Below the pieces are notes generated by a model, which saw only the letters and a program-made list of their open reading frames with translations, was not told the origin of the DNA and searched no databases. A stretch of 64,000 bases of DNA from Candidatus Ornithoclostridium faecigallinarum (GTDB lineage: Bacteria > Bacillota > Clostridia > Christensenellales > UBA3700). Positions 26,948-35,430 of the stretch are shown one piece after another; positions within the stretch are counted from its first letter, which is position 1; every line of letters starts with the position of its first letter. The stretch covers positions 6,346-70,345 of the forward strand of contig DVOI01000001.1 of assembly GCA_018713665.1 (NCBI GenBank), written 5' to 3'. Position numbers and translations under genes: made by a program.

Positions 26948-27136
26948 ATGCATAATTTTTCATATCCGTTTCGTCCCTCTTTTCGCCGTTTTGTGAAGGA
27001 GCATGACCTAACCCGACGCAGACGCGCAACGCATGTCGACGGTCCGCCGTTCGCGGTCGCTCGCCGAGATGTCAAAATATCTATCTGCCGCCCTACAAGC
27101 AGTTTCGCTTTTGTCTCCGTCCGCATAGATTGCACT

Positions 27137-27634
27137 ATGGAAAAACTTATCGCTTACATCAACGCACCCTATCCGCTGACCGCGCCGAAGCGCGATCTTC
27201 ACGACGCACGACTGCTGCAAGATCTCTATGGAGGCAGGGCTAGCGAGACGACCGCAATCATTCAATATTGCTTTCAATCCTATGTGTTGCGTCCGACTCG
27301 TCCCGAGCTTGCCGACCTGCTGATTGCAATTGCAAAGGTCGAAATGCGTCATCACGAATTGCTCGGGCAGGCAATCTTCGGCTGCGGCAAGCCGCCGCTT
27401 GTCGCGTCCAATTGTTGCTTTTGGTCTGCGAGCGCAGTCGACTGGTCGGAGGATGCGGTCAACATCTTGGAACGGGACATTGCGGACGAGACGCGCGCGG
27501 CGCAGGCATACGAACGCACGGCAAAGCTGCTCCATTCCCCGTCGCTCGCCGCGCTCCTTATGCGCGTCGCCGAGGACGAGAGACTACACGTTGCGCTTTT
27601 GACCGACGCGCTCTCTCGGCTCGCCGCAAAATAA
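27137..27634 (+). CDS. ferritin-like / Mn-catalase(CotJC)-like four-helix-bundle protein
   Basis: 165 aa from ATG 27137; paired E-x2-H metal motifs (KVEMRHHE, EDERLH); no RBS; long upstream extension of the track ORF rejected. Confidence 0.6.
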   Translation: MEKLIAYINAPYPLTAPKRDLHDARLLQDLYGGRASETTAIIQYCFQSYVLRPTRPELADLLIAIAKVEMRHHELLGQAIFGCGKPPLVASNCCFWSASAVDWSEDAVNILERDIADETRAAQAYERTAKLLHSPSLAALLMRVAEDERLHVALLTDALSRLAAK

Positions 27635-27657
27635 AGAAGGCGGCGAAAAACGCCGCC
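27631..27657 (-). terminator. terminator of the ECF/ABC operon (bidirectional shape)
   Basis: GGCGGCG-5 nt-CGCCGCC followed by TTCTTTATTTT on the minus strand. Confidence 0.55.
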
Positions 27658-27684
27658 ATAAACTCGCTTTTTCGACACGAGCGC

Positions 27685-29106
27685 CTATTTTTGCATTGAC
27701 CCGAAGTACTTGTCGACCAGCTCTTTGCCGCCCGTCTCGGCGACTACTCCGCAGTCGATGAGCGCAGCCTTGTCGCACAGCGCGGCAGCGCACCGAAAGT
27801 CGTGCGTTACGGTAATCATCGTATTGCCCGTCTGCTCGTGCAGCGCGTTGAGAGTCTCGGCCATTTTGCACAGTCCTTCATAATCCTGCCCCACGGTCGG
27901 CTCGTCCAACAGCAGCACGTCGGGTTCGCACGCGACGACCGCCGCAATCGATACTCTTCTCTTTTGTCCCTCGGAAAGGGACTGCGGATGGCGCCGCCAA
28001 AGGTGCTCTATCCCGAACAGCTCGGCGACGTGCTCGGCATATTCGGACGACTTTGCGCCAAACTTCAGCTCCTGCTCGACCGTCGGCATGAAGAGTTGAT
28101 AGTCCGGATTTTGATAGACCACGCCGACCCTGTTGAACCATGCGCGGCTGCCGCGAGGTCTTTGCTTGAACTTGTCGTCGAGGTGTTGAATTATACTCCC
28201 TCCGGTCGGCTTGTACAATCTTGCGATGAGGCGCATCAACGTAGTCTTGCCGCAGCCGTTTTCGCCTAGCAAAATCGTTCTGCCGCCCTTGGGGATTTCG
28301 AGCGTGACGCCCTTCAAGATCTCCCTGTCCTTGACGGAAAACTTGACGTCTTTGAGGTCGAACAGCGCATCTCCGCCCTCAAATGCCGGACAGCCGTCTT
28401 CTATCTTTGCCGTGCGCCCAACGAGGTATTGCCGCTCGTCCTGCGCCTTTTTGACCTTTCCTTTGCCGATATACCACACCGTATCGACAAAAGGCAGCAC
28501 CATGTCGATACGATGTTCTATGACGACAATCGCATAGCCGGCACGTGCGAGCGAACGCAGCGTTCCCATCAGCATAGCCGCGCCGTCCTTGTCGAGATTG
28601 GCGAGAGGCTCGTCCAAGATGATTATCTTCTGCCCCATCGCAAGCGTCGACGCGGTGATCAATCGCTGTTTTTGTCCGCCGGACAGAGTGCGGCATCTCG
28701 CGCCTTTATCCAGCTTCATCAACCGGCAGACAATCTCAATCTGCCGATCGATCATGGCGGAAGGATAGGCGAGATTTTCGCAGCCGAACGCGATTTCGTC
28801 CTCGACGAATTTTTGAACAATCTGTTCGTCGGCATTCTGCAACACCACGCCCACCTTGCGGCAGATGTAGCCGAGTTTTTTGCCCTTGATGTCCTCGCCG
28901 GCAATCTTCACTTCTCCCGACAATTCGCCGTAATTTACGTTGGGAATGATGCCGCTGACGATGTACATCAACGTGCTCTTGCCCTCGCCGGAATGCCCGG
29001 ACAGGAGGGTCACTTCTCCGTATTCGGCGACAAAGTCGACGCCTTCGAGAATCTTTGTCTTCCCGTCGTACGAAAAGTCTACGCCTTTCAATTCTATCGC
29101 GTTCAT
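27685..29106 (-). CDS. ecfA: fused tandem ECF-type ABC ATPase (EcfA-EcfA')
   Basis: 473 aa from ATG 29106 (ATGA overlap); two Walker A sites (GHSGEGKST, GENGCGKTT) and two signatures ([16 protein letters not shown]). Confidence 0.85.
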   Translation of the reverse strand: MNAIELKGVDFSYDGKTKILEGVDFVAEYGEVTLLSGHSGEGKSTLMYIVSGIIPNVNYGELSGEVKIAGEDIKGKKLGYICRKVGVVLQNADEQIVQKFVEDEIAFGCENLAYPSAMIDRQIEIVCRLMKLDKGARCRTLSGGQKQRLITASTLAMGQKIIILDEPLANLDKDGAAMLMGTLRSLARAGYAIVVIEHRIDMVLPFVDTVWYIGKGKVKKAQDERQYLVGRTAKIEDGCPAFEGGDALFDLKDVKFSVKDREILKGVTLEIPKGGRTILLGENGCGKTTLMRLIARLYKPTGGSIIQHLDDKFKQRPRGSRAWFNRVGVVYQNPDYQLFMPTVEQELKFGAKSSEYAEHVAELFGIEHLWRRHPQSLSEGQKRRVSIAAVVACEPDVLLLDEPTVGQDYEGLCKMAETLNALHEQTGNTMITVTHDFRCAAALCDKAALIDCGVVAETGGKELVDKYFGSMQK

Positions 29107-29780
29107 AGTGCCACCGTAAGCACCGCGCCGACGACTATACCGACGATGAACAGCACGTCCGAAAGCGCGGGGTATTCCTTTTTGTAGATTGAATAGAGTG
29201 CGCCGCCCAAAGTGAAACCGCGCGTCTCGACGGAGAGCGCGAGCGTGTCCGAGATGTTGACAAGCCTCATTACGAACGGCACGAGAAATGCTCGATAAAA
29301 GATTTTCGGGGCAAATATGCTCCCTGCGCCGCGCGTCTTCATCGCCTCTCTGACGCGCCCTATCTCTCCCTTGAGCATTGGCACGAATGACATTGATATG
29401 AGCATGCCCAGCGTAATCGCTCTCGGCATACGCGCCTGCGAGAGAGCGCGCGTCATACGGACCGCCTCGACGGACATCGAGAGCGCGACCCCCAAAAAGA
29501 GCGCGCCGAAACGGTTGAGCATCGAGATTGCAGCCAGGGCGTCTCCGCCTGCCGACGCATATGCTATGCCGGCGAACGCGCCGCCGAATACGACGAACGC
29601 CGGAATCATCTTCAAGCACCCTTTCAGACACCCGAACAGACAGACCCAAACGAGCACGCCGAGCAGATAGTAGCTCATGTTTTCCTCACGCGCCGCGACA
29701 AGACCGAAGACAATCACGAACAGCGACGCCGCGACGGCGACAAGAGGATAGAGCCTCGCCCTGAGTTTGAAAAACGTCAT
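29103..29780 (-). CDS. ecfT: ECF transporter transmembrane T component (CbiQ/EcfT family)
   Basis: 225 aa from ATG 29780 (ATGA overlap both sides); multi-TM; position between S-like and A components. Confidence 0.75.
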   Translation of the reverse strand: MTFFKLRARLYPLVAVAASLFVIVFGLVAAREENMSYYLLGVLVWVCLFGCLKGCLKMIPAFVVFGGAFAGIAYASAGGDALAAISMLNRFGALFLGVALSMSVEAVRMTRALSQARMPRAITLGMLISMSFVPMLKGEIGRVREAMKTRGAGSIFAPKIFYRAFLVPFVMRLVNISDTLALSVETRGFTLGGALYSIYKKEYPALSDVLFIVGIVVGAVLTVAL

Positions 29781-30493
29781 TTTTTGAGCACCCCCGCCTT
29801 TTTGAGTTCGCGCGAAACGACCATGCCTATCACCGAGCCGACAAAGCACAGCGCGGTGATTGCAAGCGTCATCAGCGCGATGACCCACGGCTCTGTCGCG
29901 CCGAGGAACATCGAGACCGCCTCGTTTTCCGCGCCCGTCACCGTATAGTTGACATTGTAATAGAGATACAACAGCGGCACGGTGAGCGGCATATACAGCG
30001 TGCCGGCAAGCACGCACGCCCAATCGCTCTTGTAGCTTCGGAAGATTGCCAAGACAATCAGCTCATCGACGATTGCACATACGGCAATCAACGCCATCGG
30101 CGGAAACATCATCAACAGGAAGAGCGCCATAAAGACACCCATAATCGTCATGGCGCCCGCCTTGCGCACTTTCATCAGCCCTATGACCGGAAAGACGGAA
30201 AATTGAAGCCCCAGCCCCAACTGAATGATTCCGAACACCGGGACGTGTATCAAAAGCGGCATGATTGCGCTCGTCACGAGCGTGCACGCCATTATGATGG
30301 CAATGAAAACAATGTCTTTGATTTTGAAGTGACGGAACGCCCTGCTCTCGTCCCTCTCTTTCGCCTCGCGCTTTTTCTGCTTTTCCTCGAAAGCCGTCCT
30401 CTCGGCGGCGACCGCCTCTTGCATGCGCGCCGAGTTTTCAATCAAGGCGGCGATATCGTCGCTCCTATCGTCGAACGTCTTTTCGCCCGTCAT
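29777..30493 (-). CDS. MptD / Trep_Strep family putative ECF S component with 57-aa charged N-terminal extension
   Basis: 238 aa; about 180-aa strongly hydrophobic core ending in a basic tail (SRELKKAGVLKK), as I recall for the Trep_Strep/MptD family; ATGA overlap with upstream ABC gene. Confidence 0.65.
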   Translation of the reverse strand: MTGEKTFDDRSDDIAALIENSARMQEAVAAERTAFEEKQKKREAKERDESRAFRHFKIKDIVFIAIIMACTLVTSAIMPLLIHVPVFGIIQLGLGLQFSVFPVIGLMKVRKAGAMTIMGVFMALFLLMMFPPMALIAVCAIVDELIVLAIFRSYKSDWACVLAGTLYMPLTVPLLYLYYNVNYTVTGAENEAVSMFLGATEPWVIALMTLAITALCFVGSVIGMVVSRELKKAGVLKK

Positions 30494-32178
30494 CTCTCCA
30501 CCTCCTCTATCACTCCGTCCTTGATGCGATATACGCGGTCGGCGATTGCCATCGTCGATTCGCGGTGAGACACCAAGATGATGCTCTTTTCCCTGCGGCT
30601 GTCCTTGAGCGCCTTGAGAATGATGCCCTCGTTGATGCTGTCGACGTTGCTTGTCGGCTCGTCGAGCAATATCAATTTGCCGTCATGCAGGAATGCCCTC
30701 GCAAGTCCTATCCTCTGCTTTTCGCCTGCGGATAAGTCGTCGCCGAGAGCGCCGACCTGTGTGTCGTAACCGTTAGGAAGCTTCATGATGAACTCGTCGA
30801 CGGACGCCTTTCGGCAAGCCTGTCTCATCTCGTCCATTGTAGCGTCCGCCTTGGCTATGCGAAGGTTGTCGGCGACGCTTTGGTCGAAGAGATAGGTACT
30901 CTGACTGACCATGGTCACGTTGTCCGTCAACGCCGCGCTGTCAATCTCGTCGATGTCGACGCCGTTGTATTCGATGCTGCCCGAATCCTTCTCCCAAAAG
31001 CGCAGCAGCAATTTGAGCAACGTGGATTTGCCGCAGCCGCTCGCGCCGACTATGCCGACGATCTCGCCCTTTTCGGCGTGCATGCATACGTCTTTGAGCA
31101 CTCTTTCGTTGGCGTCGTATCCGAACGAAAGGTCGATTGTCTCGACGCGTTCGAAGTCGAGCGGTTTGCCGTCTTCAACCGGCTCGACGGCGGGTTTTTC
31201 GGCAAGCAATTTGAGCACGCGGTCGCCCGACGCAAACGTCTGCGTAAGGTTGCCCGGAAGCGCCGATATCGCAATTACGGGGCCGAACGAACCGAACACC
31301 GCAACCACCCCGACAATCATCATGCCCACGCTCAATCTGTCGGTTACGACCATGATGACGCCCACCGCCAAAGTGAGGATTACGAACACGGATACGAAAA
31401 TTTCGGTCAAACCCGCCGCTGTCGAAATCTTACGCTTGAGTTTTTTCGTATAGTCCAAAAGCGAGTCGCTGCGCCTGTCCACTTCGGCAAGCCGCGCGTT
31501 CTCGGCATTGTTGAGAACGATGTCTTTGACGCCCTTTATACTGTCCAAGAAGTAGGCGTTGAACGATGAGAATTCCGCCCTGTAGCCCACGCCGCCCGAG
31601 CGGAGCAGTTTGGACGTAATCATGGGCAATACGATGCCTATCGCGAGATAGCCGCACATCGCGACGAGCGCCAAGTACCAGCTCGACACGCATCCGACAA
31701 ACGCGAACACCGCGCTCGACACGACGACCGCAATGCAGATGGGCGAAATCGTATGCGCATAGAACACTTCGAGCGTCTCGATGTCCGAGGTGATCATTGC
31801 GATGATTGCGCCCTTTTGCTTGCTTTCCAACTTGGCGGGACAGAGCACGCGCAGCGCGCCGAATATCTTGTCGCGCAACACCGCGAGCAAGCGAAACGCG
31901 ATGTAGTGATTGCTGTATTGCTCGGCATAGCGCAACGCCCCTCGCAGCACGCCGAACCCGACCGCAAGGCCCATAATCCAGCCGTACGACAGGGCGATGT
32001 TTTCCCCGAGCGCCTTGGCGACGCCGACCGCGCCCATCAACGTAACGCCCATTGCGCTGATAAACCCGAGACTGCCGTTAATAACGGCGATTACCATTAT
32101 ATAAGCGAGCGATCCGAGCAAGACAATCAGTCTCGCCATAATCTTGCCGCCGTTCATTCTCGTATTCTTTTCAGTCAT
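30490..32178 (-). CDS. ABC exporter permease/ATPase fusion, CydC-like half-transporter
   Basis: 562 aa from ATG 32178 (8-nt overlap with upstream gene); 6-TM domain plus NBD (GASGCGKST, LSAGEKQR, LLDEPTS). Confidence 0.8.
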   Translation of the reverse strand: MTEKNTRMNGGKIMARLIVLLGSLAYIMVIAVINGSLGFISAMGVTLMGAVGVAKALGENIALSYGWIMGLAVGFGVLRGALRYAEQYSNHYIAFRLLAVLRDKIFGALRVLCPAKLESKQKGAIIAMITSDIETLEVFYAHTISPICIAVVVSSAVFAFVGCVSSWYLALVAMCGYLAIGIVLPMITSKLLRSGGVGYRAEFSSFNAYFLDSIKGVKDIVLNNAENARLAEVDRRSDSLLDYTKKLKRKISTAAGLTEIFVSVFVILTLAVGVIMVVTDRLSVGMMIVGVVAVFGSFGPVIAISALPGNLTQTFASGDRVLKLLAEKPAVEPVEDGKPLDFERVETIDLSFGYDANERVLKDVCMHAEKGEIVGIVGASGCGKSTLLKLLLRFWEKDSGSIEYNGVDIDEIDSAALTDNVTMVSQSTYLFDQSVADNLRIAKADATMDEMRQACRKASVDEFIMKLPNGYDTQVGALGDDLSAGEKQRIGLARAFLHDGKLILLDEPTSNVDSINEGIILKALKDSRREKSIILVSHRESTMAIADRVYRIKDGVIEEVER

Positions 32179-33904
32179 TGTCGTCCTCCCCGTCGAGATA
32201 TCCCTCTTCGAGCGCCTTTTGCGCGTTGAACAGCCGCGCGTATTCTCCGCCCTTTGCGATGAGCTCGTCATGCGTGCCGCTCTCTTTGACTTCGCCGTCG
32301 CTCATGAAATAAATGTTGTCCGCGGGAACCACGTTGGCGAGCCTGTGCGAGATGACGATGACGTTCTTTGCCTTTGAAAGTTTGCGTATGTTGTCCATGA
32401 TGATGGCTTCGCTGTCGCCGTCGATGTTGGACGTCGCCTCGTCAAACGCATATATCTCCTTGTCGGCAACGAGCGCGACCGCCAACGCAAGCCGCTGCTT
32501 TTGTCCACCCGAAATGTTGCCGCCGTCCTCTGCAATCACCTTGTCGAGTCCGCCGCCCGACTTCACGAACTCGGCGAGCCGCACCTGCTCGAGCGCCGCA
32601 TATATCTCTTCGTCCGACACCTCGGGACGGGCGAGTTTGAAATTGTCGCGCACGCTCTCGTTGAATATGTAGGAATTATACGAGACAATCGCAAGGTGAG
32701 AATACCAGCCGGCACGCGAGATTTCGCTCAGCTTTTTGCCTCCTGCGAGCACCTCTCCTTCGCTCGGTCTGTATGCGCCGCTCAACAGATTGACGACTGT
32801 CGACTTGCCGCAGCCGCTCTCTCCGACGATTGCGGTCATCCCCACGCGCGGAAAGCTCATCGTCACGTCTTTGAGCACGTCGCGTTTGCCGTCGTACGAA
32901 AAGGTGACGCCGCGAAGCTGCGCGGTCGTATCGTCGATGTCTCCGTCGCCCCATTCGGGCTCTTTGGCTTGAAGAATCTCCAGGATTTTGCGCCCTGCGC
33001 TCGCGCCGTTCATCGCGACGTGGAACGCGCTGCCCAGCGACCTTAGCGGCAGAAAGAATTCCACCGCAATCAACACGAGGAAGAGCGCTTTGATCGGATC
33101 GGCGCCGTTCATCACTCCGCTTACCGCAAGCGCTATGCCTGCGCCGGCGCCGCCGTAGGCGACGAGATCCATGATCGTCGTGCTGGCAAGCTGCATGACC
33201 AACACCTTCATCGTAATCTTGCGGAAGTCCTCTGCGGAAGCGTTGATCTGTTCGTGCTTGCGCGCGTCCGCCTTGAAAATTTTGAGCTCTTTCAGCCCCT
33301 GCACGCTGTCCAAAAACACGTCGCCCATCGATGTGTACTTGCCCCAATACTTTGCAAAAATGCGCTTGGCGTACTTGGACACCGCGACTATCGAAATCGG
33401 AATCAGCGGCACGCAGACAATCAGCATCACCGCCGTCCGCCAATCAATCGGAGCGCATATCGCGAACAATATGAACGGCGCAATCATCGAATAGAAAAAT
33501 TGCGGCAGATAGGTCGAATAGTAGAGGTCGAGCTGCTCGATGCCCTCGACGCCGACCTGGGTCATGCCTGCCATCGTCGCGCTGTCGGACGAGCGCACGC
33601 CGAGCCTCAGCATCTTGTCGTACGCGCGGTGGCGCAAATCCTTTTTGACGTGCGCCCCAAGCGCGTTTTTGAACTCATTCGTCGCCTTCGTAATGCAAAA
33701 TCTCAACGCTATGCACAGCGCCGCGATGAGCGCAGGCGCAACATACGACGACGCCGCCGCGCCGTCCGCCGCAAGCCCTATCGCGTAACATATGCACGCG
33801 GTGACTGCGGTGTTGGCAAACAGGCCGAATATCATCGCGATTACCGAATAGGCGATATATTTGCGGTTGCCTCCCAACAGCGAGAGCAGCTCCTTGTCAA
33901 TCAT
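32171..33904 (-). CDS. ABC exporter permease/ATPase fusion, CydD-like half-transporter
   Basis: 577 aa; 6-TM domain plus NBD (GESGCGKST, ISGGQKQR, AFDEATS); 8-nt overlap with ygbA-like gene. Confidence 0.8.
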   Translation of the reverse strand: MIDKELLSLLGGNRKYIAYSVIAMIFGLFANTAVTACICYAIGLAADGAAASSYVAPALIAALCIALRFCITKATNEFKNALGAHVKKDLRHRAYDKMLRLGVRSSDSATMAGMTQVGVEGIEQLDLYYSTYLPQFFYSMIAPFILFAICAPIDWRTAVMLIVCVPLIPISIVAVSKYAKRIFAKYWGKYTSMGDVFLDSVQGLKELKIFKADARKHEQINASAEDFRKITMKVLVMQLASTTIMDLVAYGGAGAGIALAVSGVMNGADPIKALFLVLIAVEFFLPLRSLGSAFHVAMNGASAGRKILEILQAKEPEWGDGDIDDTTAQLRGVTFSYDGKRDVLKDVTMSFPRVGMTAIVGESGCGKSTVVNLLSGAYRPSEGEVLAGGKKLSEISRAGWYSHLAIVSYNSYIFNESVRDNFKLARPEVSDEEIYAALEQVRLAEFVKSGGGLDKVIAEDGGNISGGQKQRLALAVALVADKEIYAFDEATSNIDGDSEAIIMDNIRKLSKAKNVIVISHRLANVVPADNIYFMSDGEVKESGTHDELIAKGGEYARLFNAQKALEEGYLDGEDDND

Positions 33905-34280
33905 TTCGCTTCTCCTCTTTGTCTTTCATCTCTTTCTCTTTTTGTTTTTGTCTTTCTTGTTTTGCGTTTGCGCGCCTTGTCTTGATTGTCTCCGCGAGAT
34001 GCGAAAAGGCGATTACGGGGTGCGTAAAGGTCAGTCGCGGCCCCGAATAGCGCATCACGGCGGCAATCTTTTGCCTCATGTCGGGGCGATAGCAATGTAT
34101 CTTGCAGTTGGAGCAAAACGGCTTGTCGTCCCCGAACGGACACCTCTCGCGGCGCTGTCGTACATACTCGGCAAGCTCGGCACACTCGGGGCACAATTCA
34201 CCCTTTTTGCTCTTGTGCTTGCCGCGGCAATACATCGCGATCATCAACTCCACGATTTCGAGATCTTTTTGCTTTTCCAT
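33897..34280 (-). CDS. YgbA_NO (nitrous oxide-stimulated promoter) family Cys-rich protein
   Basis: 127 aa from ATG 34280 (GAGG 6 nt upstream; alternative ATG 34310); MYCRGKH, LCPECAEL, RCPFGDDKPFCSNCKIHCYRPDMR, MRYSGPR match my recollection of the family; K/E-rich C-terminal tail. Confidence 0.7.
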   Translation of the reverse strand: MEKQKDLEIVELMIAMYCRGKHKSKKGELCPECAELAEYVRQRRERCPFGDDKPFCSNCKIHCYRPDMRQKIAAVMRYSGPRLTFTHPVIAFSHLAETIKTRRANAKQERQKQKEKEMKDKEEKRND

Positions 34281-34301
34281 ACGCGCCTCGCCGAATAGAT
34301 T

Positions 34302-34340
34302 TGTTAGCATTGGCTAACCGTCGGTTAGCATACACTAACC
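34302..34340 (-). promoter_or_regulatory. two tandem 18-bp palindromic operator-like sites in the operon leader
   Basis: Plus strand TGTTAG-cattgg-CTAACC (34302-34319) and GGTTAG-cataca-CTAACC (34323-34340); centres 21 bp apart; they sit between the -10 box and the start codon. Confidence 0.6.
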
Positions 34341-34351
34341 TTGCGAAAAAG

Positions 34352-34380
34352 ATTATAGCCTCTTTTGTCGCAAAATGCAA
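34352..34380 (-). promoter_or_regulatory. consensus SigA promoter of the six-gene operon
   Basis: Minus strand TTGCAT - 17 nt - TATAAT. Confidence 0.75.
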
Positions 34381-34420
34381 CCGATCGCAAGGGGTATCGC
34401 AAATTTTCTTTGCGTTTTCG

Positions 34421-34444
34421 AAAAAAGGACGCCGGGCGGCGTCC
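34421..34444 (-). terminator. terminator of the EEP lipoprotein gene
   Basis: GGACGCC-gccc-GGCGTCC followed by TTTTTT on the minus strand. Confidence 0.8.
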
Positions 34445-34476
34445 TTTGCACGACGATATATTATGATTCGCGCGCA

Positions 34477-35382
34477 TTAAAGCGCGAAGTCGCAAAAAAC
34501 AGGATAGTGGTCGGTCATCGCGAGCTCTTCGCCGTAGCGGAAAAACGGCTCGGTGACTATGCGGTATTCGAGCGGCTGTGCCTGCCCGAGCAATATCATA
34601 TGATCCCAAAGGTTGTCGCTGTGCTCGGCGACGAACTCCTCGTCGCAGATTACGCTCTCGGCGGAGTATCTCACGTCGGCGCCGCCTATCGCCGCGACCA
34701 GATCGTCGTAATTCGACCCGTCGCCGTAGTCCTCCCCTTCCAGCACGTTGTAGTCGCCCGCGGCGATCACCGGACAGCCGTGCTTCTGTGCGAGCAGGCG
34801 GACTTGTTCGGCGAGCTGCGCTATCTGTGAGGTGCGGTACTCGACCTTTTTCTCGTCCGTCCCAAGGTCGAAATGCATGGAAGTGACGGCGAACTTTTGC
34901 CCGTCCTCGGTGAGGAAAACTCCCCATGCTACCGCGCGGCAGCCGCTGCTGTCACGCTTGTCGTATTCGAAGTAGCCGCCGTCGACAAGAGTCAGCTTGT
35001 CGGAATTGTAGATCATATTTGTCTTGGTCTTGCCGTCGTGGACGTATTCGTAACCGTCAAGCCTGCCCTCGAGGCACTTGTACCAATCGCCGCAAAGCTC
35101 CTGCAGCGCGACGACGTCGGGCGCATAGTGCTCAAAAAATTTTTCGGCAAGTTGGGCGCGCGGCTCGACCGGCTCGCCTCCCCACGACTCCATATGCACG
35201 AGCATATTGACGGACATCACTCTCACGTCGCTGCCCTCGGCACGCGAGGCATCGGCGGCATAGAGAGAATCGAACGCCCAATCGGGCAGTTCCTGCGCCT
35301 GCGTACATGCACAAAAACACGTCAACAGCGCAAGTACGACGATCGCGGCAAACGCCGCGGATGCAATGCGTGTTTTGTTCAT
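34477..35382 (-). CDS. endonuclease/exonuclease/phosphatase (EEP) family lipoprotein
   Basis: 301 aa; signal peptide with lipobox (LLTCFCAC); EEP-type motifs incl. C-terminal MTDHYPV. Confidence 0.75.
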   Translation of the reverse strand: MNKTRIASAAFAAIVVLALLTCFCACTQAQELPDWAFDSLYAADASRAEGSDVRVMSVNMLVHMESWGGEPVEPRAQLAEKFFEHYAPDVVALQELCGDWYKCLEGRLDGYEYVHDGKTKTNMIYNSDKLTLVDGGYFEYDKRDSSGCRAVAWGVFLTEDGQKFAVTSMHFDLGTDEKKVEYRTSQIAQLAEQVRLLAQKHGCPVIAAGDYNVLEGEDYGDGSNYDDLVAAIGGADVRYSAESVICDEEFVAEHSDNLWDHMILLGQAQPLEYRIVTEPFFRYGEELAMTDHYPVFCDFAL

Positions 35383-35391
35383 ATTTACCTC

Positions 35392-35418
35392 AAAAAAAGC
35401 CCGCGCCGAAGCGCGGGC
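35392..35418 (-). terminator. terminator of the DUF5050-like lipoprotein gene
   Basis: GCCCGCGC-ttcg-GCGCGGGC followed by T7 on the minus strand. Confidence 0.85.
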
Positions 35419-35430
35419 GGTCTGTCTTGG

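Noticed and set aside
26880-26996. 38-aa hydrophobic ORF (MHPDYSFICVGFRLYSHLLYIPICIIFHIRFVPLFAVL) as a type I toxin-like peptide
   Set aside because: There is no RBS and no leaderless promoter geometry. The frame is created by the T-rich repeats, and there is no evidence beyond hydrophobicity.
26995-27012. Mini-ORF ATG-ACC-TAA preceded by AAGGAG
   Set aside because: The RBS-to-ATG spacer is only 1 nt, and there is no supporting context for an upstream regulatory ORF.
26755-27136. Chromosomal replication origin (oriC) interpretation of the DnaA boxes
   Set aside because: There are only three boxes, no dnaA, dnaN or rpmH nearby, and no extended AT-rich unwinding element. It is kept only as a possible DnaA-regulated or titration site.
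34388-34420. CodY-box-like AATTTTCTTTGCGTT / TTTTCGAAAAAA upstream of the operon promoter
   Set aside because: There are five or more mismatches to AATTTTCWGAAAATT, and part of it is simply the T/A run of the adjacent terminator.
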